Below the pieces are notes generated by a model that worked only from the letters and a program-made list of their open reading frames with translations, did no database searches and had not been told where the DNA came from. Shown in pieces: positions 11,464-25,506 of a stretch of DNA of 64,000 nt. The translations under genes and the position numbers were made by a program. Origin of the DNA: Octopus sinensis (lineage: Eukaryota). How positions within the stretch are numbered: position 1 is the first letter of the stretch; the number at the start of each line of letters is the position of its first letter. The DNA lies in contig NC_043006.1 in the NCBI RefSeq assembly GCF_006345805.1, positions 91,388,001 through 91,452,000 on the forward strand, in the 5' to 3' direction.

Positions 11464-14400
11464 CCTGCTCACACACATACACACACACATATACACACAC
11501 ACAGAAACGCACATAGAGAGCTAGCTCACACACATATGTACATATAAACGAGAGAGGGGGAGAGAGAGAAAGAGAGAGACGCGCATGCGCACTTAGGCAT
11601 TCGTTGCACATTTTTATTTGAAGACGATTTTAAGGAAAATATTTGGCTGGAAAGAAAGTCCTGGAGAGACACAAATGCTACTTTGATGTTGGTACATTCA
11701 ATCAGGATAATCTTTCCTCTCGTTATTCACAACAGAATCCCAGCTAATTCGCAAATTTTCCATTCCTTCTAGTTTCGAAGCAAAGAACTACTCCAAACCA
11801 TTTTCCACCTCTACCCAATCCTTCGAAATAATGTTGTCATGACTTGGACCGCACAGAGCTGGCTACGTTGTTAGAAATCAGGCGTAAAGTCACGAAAACA
11901 ATTCTTAAAGTCACATTTTATGTTAATTTATCTTTAAAAAAAAAAAGAAGGCAAAATGAAGAAAAATGAATCAACTTATTGTTTGCAACAAATTGTCTGT
12001 CTCAGTAATTAGATCAATTTGATTTCTCAGCAGCTGCTGCTGCTGTTGCTGTTGCTGTTGTAGTTGCTCGAGATCGTGTTAACTGAATTAATTTTACTTC
12101 TCGACGAAGATGTATTCGTGTTGAGTTTAATATTCTTCCTTCGACAAAAAATGTCGCACTCTGGAATCCGTAAAACAAACAGCGCTAAACGAATCAGAAA
12201 AAAACCCCAGAAGAGCGATTCAGAGAAAAGGAAGAAGAGAACTGAAAATTTGTGAGACTTATTGGATTAGTTAGAAAAATAAACAATACAAAATAAAAGT
12301 AACAAAAAAGACAATTTCAAAACATAATAGGTGAAAAAAAGGGAGGAAGGGAGGGAGTGAGGGAGAGAGAGAGAGAGAGAGGGGGGAGAGAGAGAGAGAG
12401 AGAGAAGAGGAAAGAAAAGAAACTAGTTTTATTTGTCATTTAAAATACTCTTCTCGTATAAACTATTTCTGTAATTGATTCCATCATTTTCTATTCTTCA
12501 CCGTGAGTGTTATCTCTTAAATAGACTTTATTTGAATGAATTAAAAATTGGGAGCTTTCAACGATCGAATTTTTGTCAGTATCTATTTATGAAATATACT
12601 TTTCATAATTTAAGTATAAAAATCAAATACTTAATTCTAATCGTACAATTTCAGCTTCTCTGCTTTTGTTATTTTCTTTATTTCTTTTCTTGTGGTTATT
12701 CACATTTTCTTTTCTATTTATGTGTTGACCTACAATAGTATTGCATTTCTATAGACAACAGGATGGTTCTATCACTCTATTTAAGATTCTCCAATCTGAG
12801 AGAAATGCCGCATGAAATCTATGCGTTTTCTCTAAGTTTCCATTTTCTCCGATATTTTCATGCTAACATCATCAGAGAAATCAGTTTTTCGCCAGATCAG
12901 CATCTAAGTATCGATTTTCAACTAGACTAAGCTTGCTCTCAGTTCAAAGAGTTAATTTATATCATCAGCCAAGTGTTCAGTTATAAAATAAAGATTAAAA
13001 CATCGTAAAAACCTTTCATTCAGTTCACAACTTCGGCTTTAGATCACGATTAACATTTTTGACCTTTTCTTGACTTTAAAAACTACTTAAGTTGATTGTG
13101 TAATTTCGGCGACCAGTAATTCTTTTTCTCCGCAAACCTACTCAAAACATCAGCTGATTTGATACTTTAACTAATTACCTACCTTTGGGAGTCACAGCAC
13201 GAACGCTCACCTTGCAACTCTTATCAGATAATTCTCGCAACTTTCTTAATGCTATTTTCCGTCTTTCAAATTCTTTTCTAGCCTCACAAATAACATTATT
13301 ATAAATCTAACGTTAAACCAAACCCTTGTTGGATGGATGATCAGAGAAGTAAGAAGAATAGTTGATAAAGAAACAAAATTAAAAAAAAAACAAAACGTTT
13401 CTAATATAGGCACAAGACCAGAAATTTTGTGGGATAGCAATCGATACGAGTTCTTTTATTTTATTGATACTTTACTTATCGACCTCCGAAGGATGAAAAC
13501 TAAAGCGAACCTCAGTGGCATTTGACCCCAGAGTGTTAAGAACCGTAATAGCAGCAATATCAGACAGTGGAGAGTGAACCTGGTCGGGGAGGAACAAGAA
13601 TTACTTCAATATTGCTTGAAGGCAATATTTTCGAATTTTAAAGCAAAGGAAAGTAACTCGGAGTCATTGTTGTAGCGTTGATGCTTCACCGCTACCATGA
13701 CAACCAGCATTATTTCTTCTTTAAGTATAAGGGTTGAAAGCCGAGTCAACAGGGACGAGTTACAACTAAAGGAAATCTCCAATGCATAAGTTTCCCATAT
13801 CCTAGTGACTAAAAAGTGTCAGCAGAAAAGCGCATCCAGGAATCATGACTTGGATGCGGCTTGGCTCCTTATGGTGTAAGAAGTTAAGGACAAAAACACT
13901 TGCCTGAGCAAGGTTTCTTCTCTGAAGACCTTCAGCTGTTAAGCTCCCTTGAGAGTTTCTTAGCACTACTGAAGGCATTTCATTAGACGCTTTAGCTATT
14001 CTGGAATAGTTCTTCCTAAATTTAGTACCAAGCCAGCAACGCTCCCAGTTTTTGACTGGTATTTTATCGACTCCGAAAAGGTGAAAGCCAAAGCGAACAT
14101 CGATGAGATTTGATCTCTGAACTTTAAGAGTTGGAACAAAACCTGCAAAGCGTTTTGACAGATGTCCTAACGATTCTGAAATAACAAAAGCTTACCCTTT
14201 CCTTCAAAATTCTCCAAAATGTGATCTGACCTACTTAATCACGCCCATCGATTTATCAATATTCGGCGCGTTCTAAAACTTACAGCTATTAATTAATGCG
14301 AGCGTGTAACTAACCCGTTGCATTCTGAAGTTCAATTAACAACCAACAAAGACAAAGTCACTTTTATTTCTCTGATCAGAAATTGCTGGCAACTTCTTTT

Positions 14401-14825
14401 ATGAGGGGGAAAAAAAAGGAGAAAAATTATGCCTGAACCAAACGTGGATTAATTACTTTTCTCATTATGGTACACTATCTTAATTACTTCCACTTCCTTA
14501 GCGGTTGCTTTATTTTAAGCCGCGCATGAAGCATTCAATAAGTTGACGTCTGCTTTGGAGAAAGTATCAAGGTTACGTTTTGCTTACTAAACAACACACA
14601 CACACATACACACACTCACAGACACATGCATACATACATAAATACATTCATACACACACATACATATGCAAACATGCATATCTGTATCTGTAGTGCCTAT
14701 AGATATCATTGATATTGAAACGCACACAGCCATTATTACAAATATGTCTGCTGAATACGAGCGTTATTCAATAAGTTTCTTTTCATCTCGGATAAAAAGC
14801 AATATACGTATAAACACTTATACAT

Positions 14826-14856
<31 letters not shown>

Positions 14857-15116
14857 ATATATATATATATATATAGATATATAAACAGGAACATGACTCT
14901 TTTTTCACTCACTCTCACTCTCTCTTTCTCTATGTATATATATATATGTAAGCATATGCGTATATATGTATATATATATATATATATACGCGTGTGTATA
15001 TATATGTGCATATGTATATGCATATACATGAATATGTATATATATATATATATATATATGTATTTATGTATATATGCATGAATATATGTTTTTATATACA
15101 TGTATACACACACACA

Positions 15117-15158
<42 letters not shown>

Positions 15159-15708
15159 ATATATATATATATATATATACATGTATACATGTATGTAGTT
15201 GTCTGAGTGTGTATATATACACACATATTTTTATTAGAATTTTTCTCCTTTGTGACCATTACTATATTCTGGTAATGCTATGAATTATTGTCATATGACG
15301 CCGGAGGAATTTATTTTCAGTGAAATTCTAAACATGTTCCAAACAAAAAAAGGGGGAAAAATTGGTCTTTGTTCATGTATTATTATATAATAATTGTTGG
15401 AAGATGGAACAAAAGCGGCTGAAAATCTATTTGAAACACTCACTCCATCTGTGTCTCTTCGCCACATCTAATGCTCTTACTCTCTTTGTTCTCTCTTTCA
15501 TTCTGTCTTTCTCTGTACATATTTTTGTTTTGTTTTTTGTTTCTATCTCCGTGTCTTTCTTTTCAACTGTCCCCCCCCGCCCCCCCCCACCTGCCATCTC
15601 TTTTGCTTATACATTTTTGCATGCAACCAAGTAAAGATAAACTATCCACTTTGAAATATAGATTTGTAATTGCAATGTGAGAGTAAAACAGACACATTTA
15701 CACACTCG

Positions 15709-15755
<47 letters not shown>

Positions 15756-15756
15756 A

Positions 15757-15840
<84 letters not shown>
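15709..15840. repeat. (TATC)n microsatellite
   Basis: Direct reading. Confidence 0.95.
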
Positions 15841-17203
15841 GTTTATTGTGGAAAGGATGCGTCCCGATGGTTAGGCGATCCATTTGCTGTCAACACCCGT
15901 TAAAAGGAGAACTGGGCATGCCGTGGTTGATGATGCGCAGACACGCGCTGAGACTGCGACATCTCAGACTCTACGTAGACGACGGTGAACAGGTGTGGTC
16001 GCCGTTTGTGAGGCACGCTTTCCCGCAACTCGTCTCCATGACCGAACTGCAGTCGTGGATCAAAAAGAGGCCGAGGAAGGGCGAATGGCACCGCGAGTGT
16101 CGCGTTGTTCTCAAGCAACTATGCCGTCCCGGGGCGACCTTGAGTGACTTCAACACAACCAAAGCATTCTATAGGGGATTAGTGGAGAGGAGGTACGACG
16201 ACGAGCTCGGGGCGAACCTGGACATCGACGAGGAATACCTAACCCGCCTGTTCGGGACGACTTTCGGGCCAGGGCCCATGGACAACTTCCAGAGATGTCT
16301 GGCCTGGCAGTGCTACCGAGAAGCGCTACCCGTTTGGGATAAGCTCTACAGACACGGCTCGGGAAACACGGGGCCGACCTGCCCGAGATGCGGTCAGAGT
16401 GACGAAACCGTTCTGCACGCACTCGTGCAGTGTCCAACAATTTCCGTCCTGTGGGCTTATGTCGAACAACTGCTGTCACGTGTGGGACGTGTCGGTTTAT
16501 CAGCCGAGTCTATCGTCAATGTGAAGGAAGAGCTATTTTCCTTGTACTTATGGCTACGGCGAAAGAATGTATTTGGTGGACGCGTCTGAAAGGATTGGAG
16601 ACAAACACTTTCCTCTCTGGTCAATCTCTCATCAACTTCTTCAAGTATCACTTGAAAAGGAAAGTGAGAGTAGAGAGGCAAGTTTTGTCTAGCGAATGTT
16701 TTAAAAAAAGATGGGTGAATGTAGCAAGGATGGCACGTATGAATGACGAAGCCACCTTGAGCATAATCCTATGAACCCAGAAATTGAAAACAGAGAGTTA
16801 CCCACTTGCAAACAAATGTGGTAACATATAACAATATTGACCAAGGTTACCGTGGTCTTTTTCGTAGGCTTTTCTTCCCACGGATAAACCTTACTTGCTT
16901 TCCCCTTTACACCATACATCATGACACTGTGATACATGATCCCTATTGATCGTTTTTTTTCCTCTTCCCCTTTTTTCCTCTTTTATCTTCTTTCTCCATT
17001 TTTCTTTTCTTTTGTTCCTCTTCCTTTTTTCCCTTTTTCTTTTCTTTTTTTTGTTCTTTTTTCCCGTTTACGATCCCTTTTGATCGAAAACCTACACCAC
17101 CTTTCTTTTTTTTGTTTCTTTTGTTTTTTTCATCCCCAAAAGAAAAGCTCTACCTTGTAACTTGTCCCATCTGTGTGCAGCCCTGTGTGGCCAATAAAGA
17201 AAC
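15841..17203 (+). mobile_element. 5'-truncated L1/Tx1-like LINE: ORF2 C-terminus with zinc knuckle (frameshifted) plus 3' UTR
   Basis: ORF 15846-16589 has AWQCYREALPV...CPRCGQSDETVLHALVQC (zf-RVT-like), continued by 16430-16774. It ends AATAAAGAAAC followed by (TATC)n. Confidence 0.8.
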
Positions 17204-17447
<244 letters not shown>

Positions 17448-17829
17448 AGTGTTGTTGGATCGGCTCGTAAGTTAATCGCCATTATTATTGCTTTATTGGA
17501 AAAGTTTTGTTTCAAATTTTCGCACACGAGGTGTGTAAGACACCCAGTCGAAAGCTGGGTGTGTTTTCCGGAGGAGAATTTGCCCCTAGGGGCAATTTCA
17601 ACCCTGTTTTCATATCAAAATTTTGCTTCTACAGATTTTTACATATGTCGCTGTAGCGTTTCGTCTAACGTGTAAGCGTATCATCTTGACGTTTTGTTTA
17701 CATTTTGCCTTTCGAAGCTTTTGAAGTTTTGAGGCGCCCAACTTTCATTTGGGTATTTTTAAGCGTGAAATTCGCCCCTAGGGGCATTTTCATCACCTCT
17801 TTATTATTAAAATTTATTTCTCGATAATA

Positions 17830-20800
17830 AAAATGTGGAGAAATTTAATTGTTGAGCAGTATTCGTCACATTTCTCTGACGAGGATTTTCCCCGTCTGGG
17901 AACGACAGAAGAGAGAATGGACGATTTGCTGAATAACGTGAAGTCAAGAAAAAAGTATGAAAGGGACATTGCTGTCAACAACAAGGCTATTCCTACAACC
18001 CTTGATAGCCCTGTCATAACCCCCCCCACCACCAAAACTGACACATCTACCACCTCCACTGCCACAACAAACAACAACAACAACAACAATTCCCTTCAGC
18101 CCTTGCTTCCTCCACCACCACCAACAACTGAAGGAGAGAAAAAAACCCGCGACCACCAAACGAAATGCCGAAATTTGCTCAAACGCAGGGGCAAATTATG
18201 CAAACAATTTTCCACCCCTTCCTAGTTGCATAATCAACAACAATACACCGAATATACCAACTGCTATCAACACCAACACCACCACCAGCAACAACAATAA
18301 CAAAACAATAACAAACTTCGCCGAGGCGATAAAAGAAAAAAGACAATAGTATCGTTTACTGCACAGCAGATAAAAGATACTAAAGCATTAATCACCAAAG
18401 AAAATGGCAAAGTGCAACTAAATATACCACAACACGTACTGGATGACGAAAAAAAGAAAACAATTATATATAAAATAATAAACAGCACAACAAAAAGTCC
18501 AGAAAAAGCAATCACAGACAAAATCGAAAAATGCCTACGCCCTATCTGGGGATACAAAGAGTATGTAACTTGGTCGAACAAGTTTGCCCACGTACAGATA
18601 GTTTTTCAAAATGAAGAGTTAGCAAAACAATTCTCAACGCTAACTCTTCATTCAGACGAACTCATAATGATACCCATCTACTTTGGCCAGAGGGTAACAA
18701 AAGTCATAATCAATAATGTTCCTCAAATAGCAGACACAATATGGGTAATTTCGGCCATATGTGTCGAAATGGAGGACATAAATATCCTACAGATCGCTGT
18801 CACTGAACACAAAAACTAGGTGGGAAAGAGACTAGAAATTCTTCTCCACATAAACTAAGACGCCATTAACAAAGTACCCACCCATATACATCTATCAGAG
18901 GACCACAAATTATGTGTAGTAGTCGAGGGCAGAAGACCACGACAGTGAAGCACACCTTAAAAAGGATTGCAAATCTGCCGCGAAACAACAGCAACAACAA
19001 CAGCCGCAGGAAAAACAAAAAAAGCCAGCATTATTACCCACACCACAGTATGCACGACTGAACCAACCCAACCAAACAACACCACCACCTGCACCAGGAA
19101 CATAAATAACACCACCAACAACAACTAAAAGATAAACCAACTCCCAAACCAAGAACAACTACCAAAAAGACAAGCACCCAGAATGAAGAAGAGACAATTA
19201 TTAATTCCCCCCCCCCCAAACACGACAACAATACCTACAAGCACACAAACACAAAAGACTCATACCCCACCTCCCAAAACCCATACCCCACACCCTAACA
19301 GTCACCAAACAGCACCAACACCAACAACAAAGTCAACACAGTCAAAAATAGACCCCAATACACTTCCCCTCCCACACCCTGATTCCTCTGACATGTCATT
19401 AGATGAAGACGACACAGAGGATTGGCAAGTGGCCACAGGGGGAAGGAGAAAAAGGGGAAAAAAAGAATAGAGAAACAAAGCAGGGAGGTTCACCACTCCC
19501 GAAACTAAAACATCCGCAGAAAACAAACACACTACCACCAAAACCCCCAACCCCCAACAATGTTGACAGCCATAAACACCAACAGCCCGACCTAATGGAA
19601 TACATTAGGTCAAACACCAACATAACCGAAAATGATACCAAAACAAAGAATCACCCACGCACAACACCACCGCAACACATTAAAATCATACACATAACAC
19701 AGAACACGCACAGCACCCTGAACTCTCTCTACCCTGATGCATTTGGGAGATTTCAAAAATATTTGTCGAAAAAACTGTACAAAAACCTCATGGGAGAAGA
19801 CTGTGAAGTGAAGAACAAAGAACTTTTGGACAGTAAGTGACTCTCTCTCTCTTTCTTTTTCATCTTCCTTTCGTGTGTAAAACACAACTTTCGATAGGAA
19901 CATGCTCAAAATAGGCAGTATAAATGTACGTGGCTTGGGGTCGCCTTGCAAACAAGGCTACCTGTTAAACGACATCAAGTCACAAAATCTGCATATCATA
20001 GCCATCAATGAGACCAGACTCCACAGCTTGCGGGCACTCAAGCACATGTTCGGCACACATTTCGACATTTATTTTTCTCCGTGTCTACCGAGAATGGGCG
20101 GAGGTGGCACCGTGGTGCTTCTGCGGAAGAGTCTGGACCTCAAAGTAAGAGCAATTTTCCTAGACCCGGAGGGTAGGCTGGTCGTTTTGGATGTCGATAG
20201 CAACAATGAGTGTGCTTTTCGACTGATAACAGTCTATGCACCGTCCTTAACAGGCCGACCACATTTCTTTCGACGTCTAAAGGTTTTCATGGGAACGTCT
20301 CGACCTTTACTTTTAGTGGGGGATTGGAACGCCACCCTGGACACGCATCTAGACTACGTGGGCAGAGATAGTAATAGGAGGGGATGCAAATGCCTCAAAG
20401 ACCTGCTCAGATGTTTCCAACTGTCTGACAGGTACCGACTGGACCACCCGAATGTGCCTATGTCGGGTCGTCCAGATCGTACTTAGAGTATTCTGTCGGA
20501 CAGTAGATAAAAATAGTGTAGGTTGTCCACAATTTCATATAGTCAGCTACACAGACCACAAATTTGTGACTTGTACACTTGACTTAGATAAGACACATAG
20601 GCAGGGTCCTGGTTACTGGAAGCTGAATGCGTCTTTCACGGCACGACAGGCTTAGCACAGGATTAGCACATTAGTTAAGAGAGCATTGACGGGTGCCATC
20701 ATTAACAACAGATGGTGCTATGCTCTAAAGAAAGCAATTAAAGCAGAATCGGTCAGGTACAGTAAGGCCATAGCATTAGACCTAAATAGAATAGAGGGAG

Positions 20801-21480
20801 ACTTAGTTAAGAATTTAGAAGAGGAACTTAGAACTGACATCGCGTCCAACGTACTGGCGGCGAGGTTGGCCCTCGACCTAGGATGCGTGCTCTGAGGAAC
20901 GAAGGAGTTGGAGCCGCCCAAGAAGCCCGAGTGGTGTAGACGCAACGAGGCAACAGAGCCATCATCAGGTCACTTACAGATGAACAGGGGCGCGAATTGC
21001 TCGAGACACACTACCAGTTCGAGAGAAGAGCTGCAGACACGGTTCGAAGACCACCAGACCGATCTGCCCGAGATGCGGTCAGAGCGACGAAACCGTTCTG
21101 CACGTACTCGTGCAGTGTCCAGATATTTCAGAGCTGGTGTCGCGTGTGGGACGGGCCCGCTTATCAGCCGAGTCTATCGTGAATATTGTTCCACCACCTT
21201 CCTTTAAACGGGAAGGAAAAACGTTTTTCGTAACACTGATAGCTATGACGAAAGAGTGCGTGTGGTGGATGCGTTTGAAAGGCCTACAAACAAACACTTT
21301 CCTCTCTGGCCAGCCTCACGTCAACTTTTTCAAGTACCACTTGAAAAGGAGGATGAGAATAGAGAGGAAAGTACTGTCGAATGAAAGTTTCAATAAAAAA
21401 TGGGTAAATGTGGCAAGAATGAAAGACGACACCATTTTAAGCATAAATCTGTAACAAAAAGAGAAAACGAGAGGAAAGGT
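17830..21480 (+). mobile_element. L1/Tx1-like LINE, degraded: ORF1, APE endonuclease and C-terminal zinc knuckle, with the RT domain deleted
   Basis: ORF1 relic includes VVEGRRPR..H....C knuckle near 18920-18975; endonuclease at 19902; the 3' part 21040-21460 is homologous to 16350-16774; no RT motifs lie between them. Confidence 0.8.
19902..20655 (+). pseudogene. LINE ORF2 apurinic-type endonuclease domain (frameshifted)
   Basis: MLKIGSINVRGL, INETRL, GGGGTVVLL, EGRLVVLD, ITVYAP, VGDWNA, YTDHKFV, GPGYWKLNAS motifs. Confidence 0.85.
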
Positions 21481-21502
21481 TCTTACTCTTATGGACATTT
21501 TG

Positions 21503-21549
<47 letters not shown>

Positions 21550-22465
21550 TTATGTATAAAACATGCTGGCTTTTACTGTATCATTTTAGTTACAAAATGT
21601 GTAGTTCCTTGCTTCGTTCTGCAGAAAGTGTTCCGGGGTTGAACCAAGAGTTCTCAGGTATAAGCAGTGAGGTTAAATGTTTGTGTGTGTAGTTTACTTT
21701 TCCGTCTATGTGAGATCAAGAAAATAAGTACTCCAGCTGGTGGAAGATATTGTTTAATGTACACAATATATGATTACGAGCTACGAATAGTCTCATACAC
21801 TAAAGAAATCATCGAGGCAGATCTTAAGACGTACCAGGTGACTCCAAATAATCTCCAGGCTCTGGGCACGTGGCATGGTTTGTAATTTGAATAGGCCATG
21901 TGCCCAGAGCGTAAGAATTACTTGGATAATAAAGTAGTGGTGATCCCAAAACGAAGGTGCGCGTGCGTGTGTATAAGAGAGTATGTATGTGCGTGTGGAA
22001 GAGGGCTGGTGACCTTGAAGTGTGCGTGTGTGTATTTGTGGGTGAGAAGGTGTGGGGCTGGGAAGTGGTCAGTGCGAGTGTGTGCGTGGTGGTGTGTTGT
22101 GATGTGATGTGTGGTATGGTAGTGTTGGGAGGTGGGGGAGGCGAGAGTGGGGAAAGCAAGAGTGGGATTAGAGGTGGGGTATGTGGGAGTGGGTGTAAAG
22201 GATGGGGTGGGATGGGAAGGGTAGGGAAGGTGGGGTTGGAATGTTTAGGGGTGGTAAAAGAGTGTTTGGAATCTAACCTAATATGTTTCTGGAAAAAATA
22301 AATAAATATATAAAGAAATGTGCAATGTTATTATCAATCTGAATATGCTTGATACAGGTTCGAACTGGGGAAGAAGCTTCTCACTGCGTTTTGTCACGGT
22401 GAATATATCTGGCTTGTTGACAAATGGTGTTTATACACCTCTAGATCAGCTGGCGGCGCCACCTA

Positions 22466-22875
22466 TCATCATTGTTCGACCGTGGTCGAGACAATGGAAT
22501 TTACTATGTTACGCCAGACCTCACGGTCCATCATAGTATTACGGAGGTCCTGCTGCTGGATGCCTGTATCCCTGGAGATTACATCAGGGTAAGAGAGTGT
22601 GCGCCCTCTGGTATCGCGAGCAGATGGCTTCCAGAGGAGAAGAGTAGAAATTACCTCGTTTTCAGCTCTACAACAATGTCCAGCAAACTGGACTCTTCTA
22701 CCTTTCACAAGAGATGATACAGGTGGTAATTTTCTATATATTTGTACTTTGGTTGGATGACGCTTCCACGAGAGATTTTGAGCTCTCATAAGGAGGCGAG
22801 GGTAAGTCCCATCCAACCGCCTCTCAAGCTTCTTAGATAACGTCCAGGTTTCTGAGCCATATAGTATATTATAAA
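22466..22875 (-). mobile_element. RTE-like LINE 3' fragment with 11-bp target-site duplication GGCGCCACCTA (22455-22465, 22876-22886)
   Basis: LYGSETWTLSKKLERRLDG...RRVQFAGHC...DREVWR; (TGA)n-like tail; same family as 51440-51842. Confidence 0.85.
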
Positions 22876-23398
22876 GGCGCCACCTAGCTAGACTGTGAGA
22901 TGCTAGCATTCCCGTAACAAAACGCAGTGAGTAGCCTGTTCCACCATTTGGGACGTACACATAGCAATTTTACTTATCACTGCTTAGCGCTTTCCACCCG
23001 CAATAAAGAAATGCATCTTTTAGTTCAATGTCTGTATTGAATCTAAAACTGTTTTGGTTTGCGTGGGTGCGTGGGCGGGGTTTGCCTTTCTTGAATATCA
23101 CGTTTTGTGGATAAGTTAAACAGTTATAAATGCTTTTCTAGTTATTTTTACGTGAGTAGGACTGATTTATATTTGGTGAATTAGTGACCAATAGGTATGA
23201 GTATGTTTATGTGATGTAGGTGCGACACTATTAGGACTTGTTCGAAAATAAACATGGCAGTAGATTTGTAAATATACGACTTGACTGAATTAAGGGGAGA
23301 AAGAAGGAAAAGAAGAACGAGAAAACAGAAACAAACACGAAGAAGTATCGGATGGCAAAAAGGGAAGTTTATTGTCGGAAGAAACTATGTTGGGCATT

Positions 23399-23400
<2 letters not shown>

Positions 23401-23429
<29 letters not shown>

Positions 23430-23561
23430 TATATATGTATATATATATATGTATATGTGTATATATATATATATACCTATATGTGTATATATGCATATAT
23501 TGTGTATATATATACATGTATATATGTGTATATATATATATATACATATATATATATACAT

Positions 23562-23602
<41 letters not shown>

Positions 23603-23638
23603 ATATGTGTATATATATATATATACATATATATATAC

Positions 23639-23682
<44 letters not shown>

Positions 23683-23732
23683 ATATGTGTATATATATAT
23701 ATATACATATATATATATACATATATATATAC

Positions 23733-23764
<32 letters not shown>

Positions 23765-23765
23765 G
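23401..23765. repeat. (CA)n/(TA)n-rich microsatellite, left flank of the PLE array
   Basis: Direct reading. Confidence 0.95.
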
Positions 23766-24712
23766 TATAAGGGTGAAAAGGAACACACGAGTTGATATAT
23801 ATGAAAAAACAAGTAAAAAATAGAAAATGCTAAAATAATTTTATAGTGAACATTTCAGTACCGGTTTCGGTCATTTTGAGACCTTTTCAACTGTAACGAT
23901 TAAATAATTAAATTTAGAAAAATTAGAAGAAAAGTTTTTTTAAAAGAATATTTCTATAGTAGTGTTCAGATTTAAGTGGCATTCTGCCTTTCTCTGACTC
24001 CCTTGTTTGCACTTGTGTGTTCGAGGTAGTTGTGAGCTCTTGGTAGGGTAGTAGAGAGAAGGCTGGTGAGGAAAGGGGGTGGGAGAATCTGGGAGTGCCC
24101 TGATGGTCGTATTTTGAATGGTCAGTGGCGGCTGGCAGTCTCAGTTCAATTCAGGAGAATATTTATATTGACAGGCTTCTTTATAGAATTAGCGTAGGTG
24201 TTATACTAAAAAACATTAGTGACGAACTTAAGGGGTAGGGGGTGGAGAAGAAGAAGAAGAAGAAGAAGAAGAAGAAGGAGAAGGAGAAGATGACGATGAT
24301 GGTGATGGTGGTGATGATTATGACGACGATGATGATGATAACGATGATGATGAAGAAGAAGAAGGAGGAGAAGGAGAAGATGGTGGTGATGATGGTGGCG
24401 ATGATGATGATGCCGATGATGATGATAACGATGATGATGAAGAAGAAGAGGAAGAAGAAGAAGAAGAAAAAACAGAGAAGGGAGAATATGAATGTAAATA
24501 TAGCTATGAAGGGGCTGATTAGTAATGGATTCTATTGAGTGTAGTATTTGTGTGTGTATATATATTTTTTTCTTTTATTCTAAGGTTGAGGTATATTAAT
24601 TGTTTGTCGTAGACCCGTTAAGAAGTGGCTTGTATTTTGTAATAAAGAGATTTTCTTTACTTATTCGTTGTCTCGAGGTTGTATCGTCCCTAAATTGGTA
24701 GAGGGGGAAAAT
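23761..24712 (-). mobile_element. PLE inverted 3' segment (end of endonuclease, 3' UTR, hammerhead)
   Basis: Reverse complement of the unit 3' end; joined to the forward copy through 3-nt microhomology AAT at 24710-24712. Confidence 0.9.
23851..23897 (-). ncRNA. Minimal type I hammerhead ribozyme, U3-A8 variant (inverted PLE segment)
   Basis: Reverse complement GTTACAG-TTGAAAA-GGTC tcaaaat GACC-GAA-ACCGGT-A-CTGAAAT. Confidence 0.75.
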
Positions 24713-25506
24713 CCTCCCACGTAAATTCCAGTTCAAAGCTATTACAGAAGAACCTGAAACACAAAGACACCTCAGGGAGAGAATGGCACTGGAAAAAATG
24801 AAAATGGAAATAGAACTTCTGAAATTGAGAGCCCAAACGAATGAGGATAAAATAAAATCCACCGATGAAGATATCAACGAAGAAATTCGCAAAATGACCC
24901 AAGGCCCAGATCAAGAGAAGTTCTCAAAACTATGGAAAGAGGACTGTGAAAAAGAAGAACTAAAATCTCTCCAACGCTGGGAGAAAAGCGCCACTTGGTT
25001 CTCAGACTATGAAGCCGTCTTTCAAACAGAGCACGCCTCCAACAACCCTTTCCAGAAAATAAGAAAACCAAAACAACACCCAAACACCGATACACACCTC
25101 TCTAAAAATCGGAACCTTCACTACTATCAAAAAAAGAATACAGGACCTAACCCTAACTCTGTAAGCAGCCAGCGATACAATATCAGGAATACCCCCACTT
25201 CAAGCAGAGAAAGGATAAATCAACACCCACAGCATAGACACTGCAACCTCATCCCCACCCAAAGGAGTTACCAACGAAATCTTCGTCCCATTAACCGGTT
25301 AAACAACCATGCACAACAAACCCACACCACTTGCAATGATTACCAAGGAAGGCCTCCTAGAACACCACACACCCGAATATGGGATATCGGGATGCTCTCC
25401 TCAATACTGCTCCAAGAACACACACCATAAATCACAACAGGAGACCCCTAATCAACAAAGAACAACTATATACTAGCTACCGTCCCAACCACCGCATTCA
25501 TTTTTT

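Noticed and set aside
24242-24538. Poly-K/M and poly-E/D ORFs (also 27889-28321, 32307-32600, 36689-37012)
   Set aside because: They are readings of the PLE 3' UTR trinucleotide repeat.
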